Notes under the pieces: generated by a model | Database searches by the model: none | Told to the model about the DNA's origin: nothing | What the model saw: only the letters and a program-made list of their open reading frames with translations | Shown: one piece after another, positions 33,863 to 42,101 of the stretch | Position numbering within the stretch: position 1 is the first letter of the stretch | Layout: each line of letters begins with the position of its first letter | Program-made: the position numbers and the translations under genes | NCBI GenBank assembly: GCA_037443705.1 | Contig: JBBINV010000001.1 | Span: 69,692-133,691 of the forward strand | Length of the DNA stretch: 64,000 nt | Direction: 5' to 3' | DNA from: Betaproteobacteria bacterium | Lineage (GTDB): Bacteria > Pseudomonadota > Gammaproteobacteria > Burkholderiales > SG8-39

Positions 33863-35326
33863 ATGGGAAAAATCACCGGGTTCCTCGAGTTCGAGCGGCT
33901 CGAGGAGGCGCACGAAGCGCCCGAGGCGAGGAAGAAGCACTTCCGCGAGTTCCACCAGCGCCTGACGGACGCGCAGGCCTCGGTCCAGGGCGCGCGCTGC
34001 ATGGACTGCGGCATCCCGTTCTGCATGAACGGCTGCCCGGTCAACAACATCATTCCCGACTGGAACGACCTTGTTTACCGCGGAGACTGGAAAGCCGCGC
34101 TCGAGACCCTGCACTCGACCAACAACTTTCCCGAGTTCACCGGTCGCGTCTGCCCCGCGCCGTGCGAGGAGGCATGCACGCTCCGGATCATCGACGATTC
34201 GGTCGGGATCAAGTCGATCGAGCATGCGATCATCGACAAGGCGTGGGAATCCGGCTGGGTGCTGCCGCAGCCCGCGGCACGCAAGACGGGGAAAAAGGTG
34301 GCGATCGTGGGATCCGGCCCGGCAGGTCTTGCGTGCGCGCAGCAGCTTTCGCGCGCGGGTCATGACGTTGCCGTGTTCGAGAAGAACGACCGCATCGGCG
34401 GGCTCCTGCGCTACGGCATTCCCGATTTCAAGCTCGACAAGCGCATCGTCGACCGGCGGCTCGAGCAGATGCGCCTCGAGGGCGTGGAGTTCCGGACCGG
34501 GGTCTGCATCGGAAAATCCCCGCCAGGCCGCGGGATCACCAACGACGCGAAAACCTTCCTCGAACCCGCAACCCTGCTTGCCCAGTATGACGCCATCGTG
34601 CTCGCGGGCGGTGCCGAGGTGCCGCGCGACCTGCCGGTGCCGGGACGCGAGCTCGCTGGCGTGCACTTCGCGATGGAGTTCCTGCCGCTGCAAAACAAGC
34701 GCGTCGCGGGCGACAGCGGCGTCGCCGAGCTCACGGCGAGCGGCAAGGACGTGGTGGTGATCGGCGGCGGCGACACGGGCTCCGATTGCGTCGGCACCTC
34801 CAACAGGCAGGGCGCGAAGTCGGTGACCAACCTCGAGCTCCTGCCGCAGCCGCCCGATCTCGATCGGAACCCCGTCTGGCCCTACTGGCCTCAGCGGCTT
34901 CGCACCTCCACCTCGCACGAGGAGGGCGTCAAGCGCGATTGGTCGGTGGGGACGAAGGAATTCATCGGCGCGAACGGCCGCGTGAAGGCGGTGAAGCTCG
35001 TGCGCCTTGCCTGGACGAACGGCAAGATGACGGAAGTCCCGGGTTCCGAATTCGTGCTGCCGGCGGACCTGGTACTGCTCGCGATGGGTTTCGTCTCGCC
35101 CAACCAGTCGCTGCTCGAGGAGCTAGGGGTGGAAAAAGACGCGCGCGGCAACGCCAAGGCCACGACCGAGGGCGAAGGCTGCTACGCGACCAGCGTCCCC
35201 AGGATTTTTTCCGCCGGCGACATGCGCCGCGGCCAGTCGCTGGTCGTCTGGGCTATCCGCGAGGGACGCCAGTGCGCCCGCGCCGTCGACGAGTTCCTCA
35301 TGGGTTCCTCGGAGTTGCCGCGCTAG
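33863..35326 (+). CDS. gltD: glutamate synthase small subunit
   Basis: 487-aa ORF starting immediately after the gltB stop. Fe-S Cys clusters ([15 protein letters not shown]) and the [10 protein letters not shown] dinucleotide fold. Confidence 0.95.
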   Translation: MGKITGFLEFERLEEAHEAPEARKKHFREFHQRLTDAQASVQGARCMDCGIPFCMNGCPVNNIIPDWNDLVYRGDWKAALETLHSTNNFPEFTGRVCPAPCEEACTLRIIDDSVGIKSIEHAIIDKAWESGWVLPQPAARKTGKKVAIVGSGPAGLACAQQLSRAGHDVAVFEKNDRIGGLLRYGIPDFKLDKRIVDRRLEQMRLEGVEFRTGVCIGKSPPGRGITNDAKTFLEPATLLAQYDAIVLAGGAEVPRDLPVPGRELAGVHFAMEFLPLQNKRVAGDSGVAELTASGKDVVVIGGGDTGSDCVGTSNRQGAKSVTNLELLPQPPDLDRNPVWPYWPQRLRTSTSHEEGVKRDWSVGTKEFIGANGRVKAVKLVRLAWTNGKMTEVPGSEFVLPADLVLLAMGFVSPNQSLLEELGVEKDARGNAKATTEGEGCYATSVPRIFSAGDMRRGQSLVVWAIREGRQCARAVDEFLMGSSELPR

Positions 35327-35333
35327 CGTAAGC

Positions 35334-35567
35334 CAGCGCCGTGTCGCCCCGGCCAACCCCGCGTTCGCGCCGAGCCTGATCGAGAAACTCATTCACCGCG
35401 CACGCGCCCTGACCGCGAACGTCAAGAGCCTCGCGCTGATGGACGTGTACGGTCGCGTGGCACGCCTGCTCCCGGAGCTTGCGGAAGAGCGCGGGGGCGC
35501 CTGGGTGATCGGCGAGCGCCTCACGCGGCAGGAGATCGCCAGCCGCGTCGACGCCTCGCGCGAGTGA
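35334..35567 (+). pseudogene. remnant of a Crp/Fnr-family transcription regulator (linker plus part of the HTH only)
   Basis: The frame reading PAFAPSLIEKLIHRARALTANVKSLALMDVYGRVARLLPELAEERGGAWVIGERLTRQEIASRVDASRE-stop matches the C-terminal third of Crp/Fnr proteins. The cNMP-binding domain is missing (gltD sits where it would be). The recognition helix is cut by a TGA right after ASRE. Confidence 0.7.
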
Positions 35568-36148
35568 GCTCAGCATCGCCGCGATGGGGGTCGTCATGAG
35601 ATTCGACGAGTACGCGCAGCTTCTCTTCATGCCGGTGCCTACCTTCGTGTTGATTGGCGCGGTCGTGCTCACGCTCGTGGCGCCGTGGGCGGTTCCTTCC
35701 GACAAGTCAGGAGGAAACGGAAATGGAAGCATTCGAAGGTTTCGTCCTTTGGGTGACGCTGGCGTCGGGGTCGCTTCCTGCGAACCGCGTCCGGGCGGAT
35801 TCGCAGGCAAAGCAGTCCGGGTTCATCGGGAAAAGATAGGGCGCTCCGATCCGGCGCCCGCACTCTCTGGCGAGCCCCTGCGCACGCGGGTACATTTATG
35901 ATGGAAAACCGGGTTCGCGGACTGCGGCATCGAATTGATCGCGGCCGGATCTGAAGCGTGCGCAAGACGGTTGCGGCGAAACGAAAACGGGGGTGCTACG
36001 GATGAGGGGGCTGCACGCGGCGGCCGGGAGGGGAGACACGAATGAGCCGGCGTGCTTTTCTCGCCCCGGAAGCCGGGCGACTTCCAGGACGCGTTCGATC
36101 GTGCCGGCGCCGGACGTGCCGACCGGGTGATCGAGTGAGCGCAGTGGC

Positions 36149-39049
36149 GTGAAGCCCGCCGAATTCATCGCCGAGCGGCGCCGGGAGGTGCAGCGCATCC
36201 ACCGCGGGCGGCTGTTCCGGAAGTATTTCCTCCTGATCCTGGCGCTGGTGTGCGGCGTACTCCTGATCTCGGGCGGGATCGGGCTGTATTTCTCCTACCA
36301 GGAGAACAGGATCGCGCTCGCGAGCGTGCAGCGCGAGAAGGCGGTAGGGGCGGCGGCGAGGATCGAGGACCACTTCCGGCAGATCGAGAAGCAGCTTGCG
36401 TTCGCCGCGCTGCCGCAGTTCGGCGCCGAGGGGCTCGAGCAGCGCCGCGTGGAGTTCATCAAGCTGGGGCGCCTGGTGCCCGACGTCACCGACATCGCGC
36501 AGATCGGCGCCGACGGACGCGAGGAACTCCTGGTATCGCGCCTGACGATGGAGCAGGAGCGCTCGAACCGCGACCGCTCGCGGGAGCCGGCATTCAGGGA
36601 ACCCGAGCCTCAGCGGACATGGTTCGGCCCGGTGTACTTCCGCAAGGAAACCGAGCCCTACATGCAGATCGCGGTGCGTTCCAGGCCCGGCGGCCCGGTG
36701 ACGGTCGCCGACGTGAACCTCAAGTTCATGTGGGACGTGGTGACGCACATCAGGATCGGGAAGAAGGGCAAGGCCTACGTGGTCGACGAGACCGGACATC
36801 TCGTTGCCGACCCGGACATCGGGCTCGTGCTCCGCAAGACCGATCTTTCCAAGCTTCCGCAGGTGAAGTCCGCCCTCGCGAAGGACGCCGAGCCCTCGCT
36901 CGCCCTGATGGCCGAAGGCATGGAAAGCTCGTCTGTCCTCACCGCCTATGCCTCGATCGAGTCGCTCGGCTGGAAAGTGTTCGTGGAGCAGCCCGCCTCC
37001 GAGGTCTACGCGACGCTGAACGCCGCGATCGTGCGCACCGGCGCGCTGCTCGTGGCGGGCCTGCTCTTTTCCGCGCTCACGGCGCTGTGGCTCGCGCGCA
37101 GCATGGTGCGCCCGATCCGCACCCTCCAGGAGGGCGCGGCGCGCATCGGCGCGGGCGACCTCGAGCAGAGAATCGAGGTGAGGACCGGGGACGAGCTCGA
37201 GGAGCTGGCCGGCCAGTTCAACCAGATGAGCGCGCAGCTGCGCGAGTCCTACGTCGGCCTCGAACGCAAGGTCGAGGAGCGCACCGAGGCGCTGAAGCAC
37301 GCGCTCGAGCACCAGACCGCGACCGCGGAAATCCTCAAGGTCATCGCAAGCTCGCCATCGGACGTCCAGCCGGTGCTGGAAGCCGTCGCCGGGCGAGCGG
37401 CGGTCCTTTGCGCCGCGCCGCGCGCGCACGTGCTGCTCGCCGAGGGCGACGTGCTCCGGAACCGGGCCGTGTATTCGCGCGAGCCGGGACTCGAGCCGCC
37501 GAAAGGCCACCCGGTGCCGATCCTCCGCACCACGATCAATGGCCGCGCCGTGCTCGAGTGTCGCACCGTGCACGTCGAGGACGTGCTGCCGCTTCTCGAT
37601 TCGGAGTACCCCGACGCGCGCGAGAACCAGCGCATCTACGGATTCCGCTCGTCGCTCGCGGTGCCGCTGCTGCGTGAAGGCCGCGCGGTCGGCACACTGT
37701 ATCTCTGGCGGCGGGAGCCGCAACGCTTCACGAACGAGCAGATCGCGCTGCTTGAAACCTTCGCTGCGCAGTCGGTCATCGCGATAGAGAACGCGCGCCT
37801 GTTCAACGAAACCAGGGATGCGCTCGAGCAGCAGACCGCGACGGCCGAGATCCTCAGGGTCATCAGCAGCTCGCCGACCGATGTGCAGCCGGTGTTCGAT
37901 GCGATCGCGAAGAGCGCGCTGCACCTTTTCGACGGTCTCTGGGTCGCCCTGACCCTCGTACGCGGCGACAAGATCGAAGCCGCTGCCGTGGCGGGCGACG
38001 AGGCGGTGGGGGCGAAGATCAAGGCAATCTATCCGGTGCCGCTCAACCGCGACAGCATCACCGGGCGCACGATCCTCGATCGCAAGGTGCAGAACGTGCC
38101 GGACATGGAAGCCCCGGACCTGCCCGAGCTGGCGCGCACGCTGTCACGCGAAGCGGGCATCAAGGCGCTTCTCGGCGCGCCAATGATGCGCGAAGGCGCG
38201 GCGATCGGCGCGATCATGCTGATCCGGGGATATCCGGGAGAGTTCTCCGGGAAACAGGTGGCGCTTCTCAGGACGTTTGCCGACCAGGCGGTGATTGCGA
38301 TCGAGAACGTGCGCCTGTTCCACGAGATCGAGGAAAAGAGCCGCCAGCTCGAGATCGCGAACAAGCACAAGTCGGACTTCCTCGCGAACATGTCGCACGA
38401 GCTGAGGACGCCGCTGAATGCGATCATCGGGTTCTCGGAAGTGCTCGGCGAGCGCTACTTCGGCGAGCTGACGGAAAAGCAGGACGAGTACGTGAAGGAC
38501 ATCCACAGCTCGGGCAAGCACCTGCTTTCGCTCATCAACGACATCCTCGATCTCTCGAAGATCGAGGCGGGCCGGATGGAGCTGAACCTTGCCGAATTCG
38601 ACCTGCCTGCGGCGCTCGAGAACGCGTTGACGCTGGTGAAGGAGCGCGCGCAGCGCCACGGCGTGGCGCTGAAGCTCGAGGTGGCGCCGGGGCTGGGTGC
38701 GTTCACCGCGGACGAGCGCAAGTTCAAGCAGATCATGCTGAACCTCCTTTCCAACGCGGTGAAGTTCACGCCGGTCGGCGGGTCGGTGACGGTGCGCGCG
38801 AAGCCGAACGGCGCGGGCGTAGAGATCGCGGTCGCGGACACCGGCGTCGGCATCGCGCCCGGGGACCAGGAGGCGGTGTTCGAGGAGTTCCGCCAGGTCG
38901 GGCGCGACGTGTCGAAAAAGGCGGAAGGCACGGGCCTGGGGCTTGCGCTCACCCGGCGCTTCATCGAGCTTCACGGCGGCGGGATTCGCCTGGCGAGCGA
39001 GCCGGGCAAGGGTTCGACCTTCACCTTCACTCTCCCGGGGAAACCATGA
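36149..39049 (+). CDS. membrane sensor histidine kinase (extracytoplasmic sensor domain - HAMP - 2x GAF - HisKA - HATPase)
   Basis: 966-aa ORF with a GTG start. TM1 is YFLLILALVCGVLLISGGIGLYF and TM2 is GALLVAGLLFSALTALWLA. HAMP (MVRPIRTLQEGAARIGAGDLEQRIE). Two GAF modules are each introduced by the LE(H/Q)QTATAEIL(K/R)VI(A/S)SSP(S/T)DVQPV motif. H-box SHELRTPLN and ATPase boxes LLSNAVKFT, DTGVGI, GTGLGL. Confidence 0.92.
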   Translation: MKPAEFIAERRREVQRIHRGRLFRKYFLLILALVCGVLLISGGIGLYFSYQENRIALASVQREKAVGAAARIEDHFRQIEKQLAFAALPQFGAEGLEQRRVEFIKLGRLVPDVTDIAQIGADGREELLVSRLTMEQERSNRDRSREPAFREPEPQRTWFGPVYFRKETEPYMQIAVRSRPGGPVTVADVNLKFMWDVVTHIRIGKKGKAYVVDETGHLVADPDIGLVLRKTDLSKLPQVKSALAKDAEPSLALMAEGMESSSVLTAYASIESLGWKVFVEQPASEVYATLNAAIVRTGALLVAGLLFSALTALWLARSMVRPIRTLQEGAARIGAGDLEQRIEVRTGDELEELAGQFNQMSAQLRESYVGLERKVEERTEALKHALEHQTATAEILKVIASSPSDVQPVLEAVAGRAAVLCAAPRAHVLLAEGDVLRNRAVYSREPGLEPPKGHPVPILRTTINGRAVLECRTVHVEDVLPLLDSEYPDARENQRIYGFRSSLAVPLLREGRAVGTLYLWRREPQRFTNEQIALLETFAAQSVIAIENARLFNETRDALEQQTATAEILRVISSSPTDVQPVFDAIAKSALHLFDGLWVALTLVRGDKIEAAAVAGDEAVGAKIKAIYPVPLNRDSITGRTILDRKVQNVPDMEAPDLPELARTLSREAGIKALLGAPMMREGAAIGAIMLIRGYPGEFSGKQVALLRTFADQAVIAIENVRLFHEIEEKSRQLEIANKHKSDFLANMSHELRTPLNAIIGFSEVLGERYFGELTEKQDEYVKDIHSSGKHLLSLINDILDLSKIEAGRMELNLAEFDLPAALENALTLVKERAQRHGVALKLEVAPGLGAFTADERKFKQIMLNLLSNAVKFTPVGGSVTVRAKPNGAGVEIAVADTGVGIAPGDQEAVFEEFRQVGRDVSKKAEGTGLGLALTRRFIELHGGGIRLASEPGKGSTFTFTLPGKP

Positions 39050-39414
39050 GCCTCGTCCTCATCGTGGAAGACAACGAAAAGAACATGAAGCTCGCGCGCG
39101 ACGTTCTCCAGGCGAAGGGCTATTCGACGCTGGAGGCGGTCACGGGCGAGGAGGGCGTGCGGCTCGCAAGGGAGCGCCGGCCCGATCTGGTGCTCATGGA
39201 CATCCAGCTCCCGGGCATGAGCGGCATCGACGCGTTCCGGATGCTGCGCGCCGACGCCGCCACCGCGGCAATCCCGGTGATTGCGCTGACCGCGTCGGTG
39301 ACGCCGACCGACCGCACGCAGATCACGCAAGCGGGGTTCGACGCGTTCCTCGGCAAGCCGATCGTGCTCAAGGAGTTCCTCGAGACCGTGCGGCGTCTGA
39401 CCGGGGCGAAGTGA
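39046..39414 (+). CDS. single-domain response regulator (CheY-like receiver)
   Basis: 122-aa ORF with an ATGA overlap with the kinase gene. Acidic pocket VEDNEKN, phospho-acceptor LVLMDIQLPGMSG, and LTAS...GKP. Confidence 0.92.
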   Translation: MSLVLIVEDNEKNMKLARDVLQAKGYSTLEAVTGEEGVRLARERRPDLVLMDIQLPGMSGIDAFRMLRADAATAAIPVIALTASVTPTDRTQITQAGFDAFLGKPIVLKEFLETVRRLTGAK

Positions 39415-39415
39415 G

Positions 39416-40507
39416 ATGAGCGAGCCGGCGCGCATCCTGGTGGTCGATGACACGCCCGCCAACGTCAGGCTGCTGGCAGACCTGCTCGCAGTGAAGGGCT
39501 ACGCGGTGAGCACGGCGAGCGGGGGGCGCGAGGCGCTCGAGCGTGTGGCGCGCGAGGCGCCGGACCTGGTGCTCCTCGACGTCATGATGCCTGACGTGAA
39601 CGGCTACGAAGTTTGCCGCGCGATCCGCGCAAGCCCCGGGACCGCCGCGCTCCCGGTCGTGATGGTGACCGCGCTCGATGCGGGCGAGGAGCGGCTGAAG
39701 GGCCTGGAGGCCGGTGCGGACGATTTCCTCTCCAAGCCCGTGAATCAGGTCGAGCTTGTCGCGCGGGTGCGCTCGCTGCTTCGCGTGAAGCGCCTGCACG
39801 ACGAACTCGCGGCGCTCAACGCGGGGCTGGAGAAGCGCGTCGCTGAGCAGGTCGCGCAGCTCGAGCGTTTCGCGCGCCTGAAGCGCTTCGTGTCGCCACG
39901 GATCGGCGACCTGATCGTCTCGGGCGAGGTGGACGATCCGCTTAAGACGCACCGGCGCGAGATCACCGTGGTGTTCGCGGACCTGCGCGGCTTCACCGCA
40001 TTCTCCGAGACCGCGGAGCCCGAGGAGGCCATGGAGGTGCTGCGGGCGTATCACGGCGAGCTCGGGCGGATCGTGCTGTCGCACGAGGGCACGATCGAGC
40101 ACTTCGCGGGCGATGGCGTCATGATTCTGTTCAACGACCCGATCCCGCTTCCCGAGCACGAGCTTGCGGCGATCCGCATGGCGCTCGCGATGCGCGAGGC
40201 GGTCGGGGCACTCGCGGCGGGCTGGGAGAAGCGCGGGTACGAGCTCGGCTTCGGCGTCGGCATCGCCAGCGGCTACGCCACGCTCGGCGCGATCGGCTTC
40301 GAGGGACGGCTCGACTACGGCGCGATCGGTCCGGTGACCAACCTTTCGGCGCGGCTGTGCTCGGAAGCGAAGGCCGGGCAGGTGCTCGTGTCGCAGCGCG
40401 TGTACGGCAAGGTCGAGGCACGCATTCGGGCCGAGGCCGTGGGGGAGCTTTCGCTCAAAGGGCTCGCGCGGCCGGTGAAGGCCTACAACGTGCTTTCCGC
40501 GGCGTGA
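39416..40507 (+). CDS. response regulator with class III adenylate/guanylate cyclase output domain
   Basis: 363-aa ORF. REC domain (VVDDTPANV..., LVLLDVMMPDVNG), a coiled-coil linker, and a cyclase domain with metal-binding Asp contexts (ITVVFADLRGFT, FAGDGVMILFN) and the GPVTNLSARL motif. Confidence 0.9.
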   Translation: MSEPARILVVDDTPANVRLLADLLAVKGYAVSTASGGREALERVAREAPDLVLLDVMMPDVNGYEVCRAIRASPGTAALPVVMVTALDAGEERLKGLEAGADDFLSKPVNQVELVARVRSLLRVKRLHDELAALNAGLEKRVAEQVAQLERFARLKRFVSPRIGDLIVSGEVDDPLKTHRREITVVFADLRGFTAFSETAEPEEAMEVLRAYHGELGRIVLSHEGTIEHFAGDGVMILFNDPIPLPEHELAAIRMALAMREAVGALAAGWEKRGYELGFGVGIASGYATLGAIGFEGRLDYGAIGPVTNLSARLCSEAKAGQVLVSQRVYGKVEARIRAEAVGELSLKGLARPVKAYNVLSAA

Positions 40508-42090
40508 CCCCATTGTTCCACTTCGGCGAGCCAGCGCTCGGGGCGCTCCACGAGCGTGGCGAGCTCGCCCGCGAACACGCGCCCGCCGTTCGCATCGAGC
40601 GTGATCGGCTCGCCTTCGTTGACGCGACGCCCGCCGAACCGGAGCGTCCGGGACGCGGCGTCGATCGCGAGCGCCTCACAGGCGACGAGCAGCACCTTGC
40701 CCATCTGGCGCGCGACCACCGCTGCATGCGCGGTGCGGCTGCCGCGTGCGACGAGCAGCCCTGCCGCCGCGGCGATGCCGTCGATGTCCTCGGTGGAGGC
40801 GTCTTCGCGAACGAGGATCGGCGGCCGGCCCGCGGCGGCGAAGCGGCGCGCCGAGACGCTGTCGAGCGCGACCGGCCCCGAGGCGACACCCACGCTCGCC
40901 GGAACCGCGGCGGCGAGCGCCTCCATCGAGCCTTCGCCCGCCAGGCGCGTGCGCCGGATCGCCCCGAGCTCGAGATCCTTGAGCCGCGCAAGCGCCGCTT
41001 TCGGCTCCACGAGCCCTTCCTCGACCTGCTCTACGGCGATCCGGAGCGCCGCCCACGGCGTGCGCTTGCCGGCGCGCGTCTGCAGGAGATACAGGCGCGC
41101 GTCCTGTACCGTGAACTCGAACTCCTGCGCGTCGCCGAACTCGCGCTCGAGCGCGTGGCGCGCGGCGCCGAGTTCGCGCCAGACCGCGGGCAGCACCTGA
41201 GCGAGGCGCTCGCCGTCTCCGGCGCGATGGCGCCCGGAGACCACGTCCTCGCCCTGACTGTTGAAGAGAAAATCGATGTACAGCCGGTTCTCTCCGGTGG
41301 AGGGATCGCGCGTGAACGCGACGCCCGCGCCCGAGGTGCCACCGGCGTTGCCGAAGACCATGCGCTGGACCGTCACCGCGGTGCCGAGACGCTCGTCGAT
41401 CGCATGCAGCCGGCGGTAGCGGCGCGCTCGCTCGCTCGCCCAGGACCGGAACACGGCCGCGAGCGCGGCCTCGAGCTGCACGCGCGGATCCTCGGGAAAG
41501 CGCTCGCCCGTTTCATCCTCGAATATCGCGAGGAAGCGCTCGGCGAGCAGCGCGAGCGAGCGGAAGTCGAGCTCTCGCGCATGGGCGAGACCCTGGCGCG
41601 CGACCTCATCCGCGATCGCCCGCTCGAACGGCGCGCCGGATGCGCCGTGCACGATCTGGGCGAAGGACTGGATCAGCCTCCGGTACGAGTCCCAGGCGAG
41701 CCGCGGATTGCCGGTGCGCCGGAGCAATCCCCGCACCGTCGCCTGCGTGAGCCCGACGTCGAGCAGCGTATCCATCATGCCCGGCATCGACACGGGGGCG
41801 CCCGAGCGCACCGCGACGAGCAGCGGCCGGCGCGGGTCGCCGAAGCGCAGGCCGCTCGCACGCTCGAGGTCCTTCAGCGCCTGGTCGAGCCCGGGCCGCA
41901 GGCGCTCGGCGGCCGCGCGCGGGTCCTCCAGATAGGCGCGGCACAGCCCCGTGCCGAGCGCAAAGCCCTCGGGCACCGGAAGACCGATGCGCGCCATGCG
42001 CGCGAGGTTGTGCGCCTTGAAGCCGATCACGGAGGCCTGCGGCGCTCCCGGCCCCAGCGGAAAGATGCCGCAGTCGACGGGCGCGTGCAT
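40483..42090 (-). CDS. pyruvate,phosphate dikinase-like protein: ATP-grasp nucleotide-binding domain + phosphohistidine swivel domain, no PEP/pyruvate TIM-barrel domain
   Basis: ATG at 42090 inside ORF 40483..43638 (535 aa). PPDK-type motifs: GFKAHNLARMARIGLPVPEGF, LLVAVRSGAPVSMPGMMDTLLDVGL, VQRMVFGNAGGTSGAGVAFTRDPSTGE, QGEDVVSGRHRA, EFEFTVQDARLYLLQTRAGKRT and the catalytic-His loop GSRTAHAAVVARQMG. The ORF stops ~25 aa after ITLDANGGRVFAGE. Confidence 0.85.
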   Translation of the reverse strand: MHAPVDCGIFPLGPGAPQASVIGFKAHNLARMARIGLPVPEGFALGTGLCRAYLEDPRAAAERLRPGLDQALKDLERASGLRFGDPRRPLLVAVRSGAPVSMPGMMDTLLDVGLTQATVRGLLRRTGNPRLAWDSYRRLIQSFAQIVHGASGAPFERAIADEVARQGLAHARELDFRSLALLAERFLAIFEDETGERFPEDPRVQLEAALAAVFRSWASERARRYRRLHAIDERLGTAVTVQRMVFGNAGGTSGAGVAFTRDPSTGENRLYIDFLFNSQGEDVVSGRHRAGDGERLAQVLPAVWRELGAARHALEREFGDAQEFEFTVQDARLYLLQTRAGKRTPWAALRIAVEQVEEGLVEPKAALARLKDLELGAIRRTRLAGEGSMEALAAAVPASVGVASGPVALDSVSARRFAAAGRPPILVREDASTEDIDGIAAAAGLLVARGSRTAHAAVVARQMGKVLLVACEALAIDAASRTLRFGGRRVNEGEPITLDANGGRVFAGELATLVERPERWLAEVEQWGHAAESTL

Positions 42091-42101
42091 CGCGCGTCCC
42101 G

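Noticed and set aside
35584-35901. 105-aa ORF in the gap after the Crp remnant (MGVVMRFDEYAQLLFMPVPTFVLIGAVVLTLVAPW...)
   Set aside because: It has a hydrophobic start, but the remainder is low-complexity and Gly/Arg/Pro-rich. There is no Shine-Dalgarno and no recognisable domain. It is kept only as a note in the gap finding.
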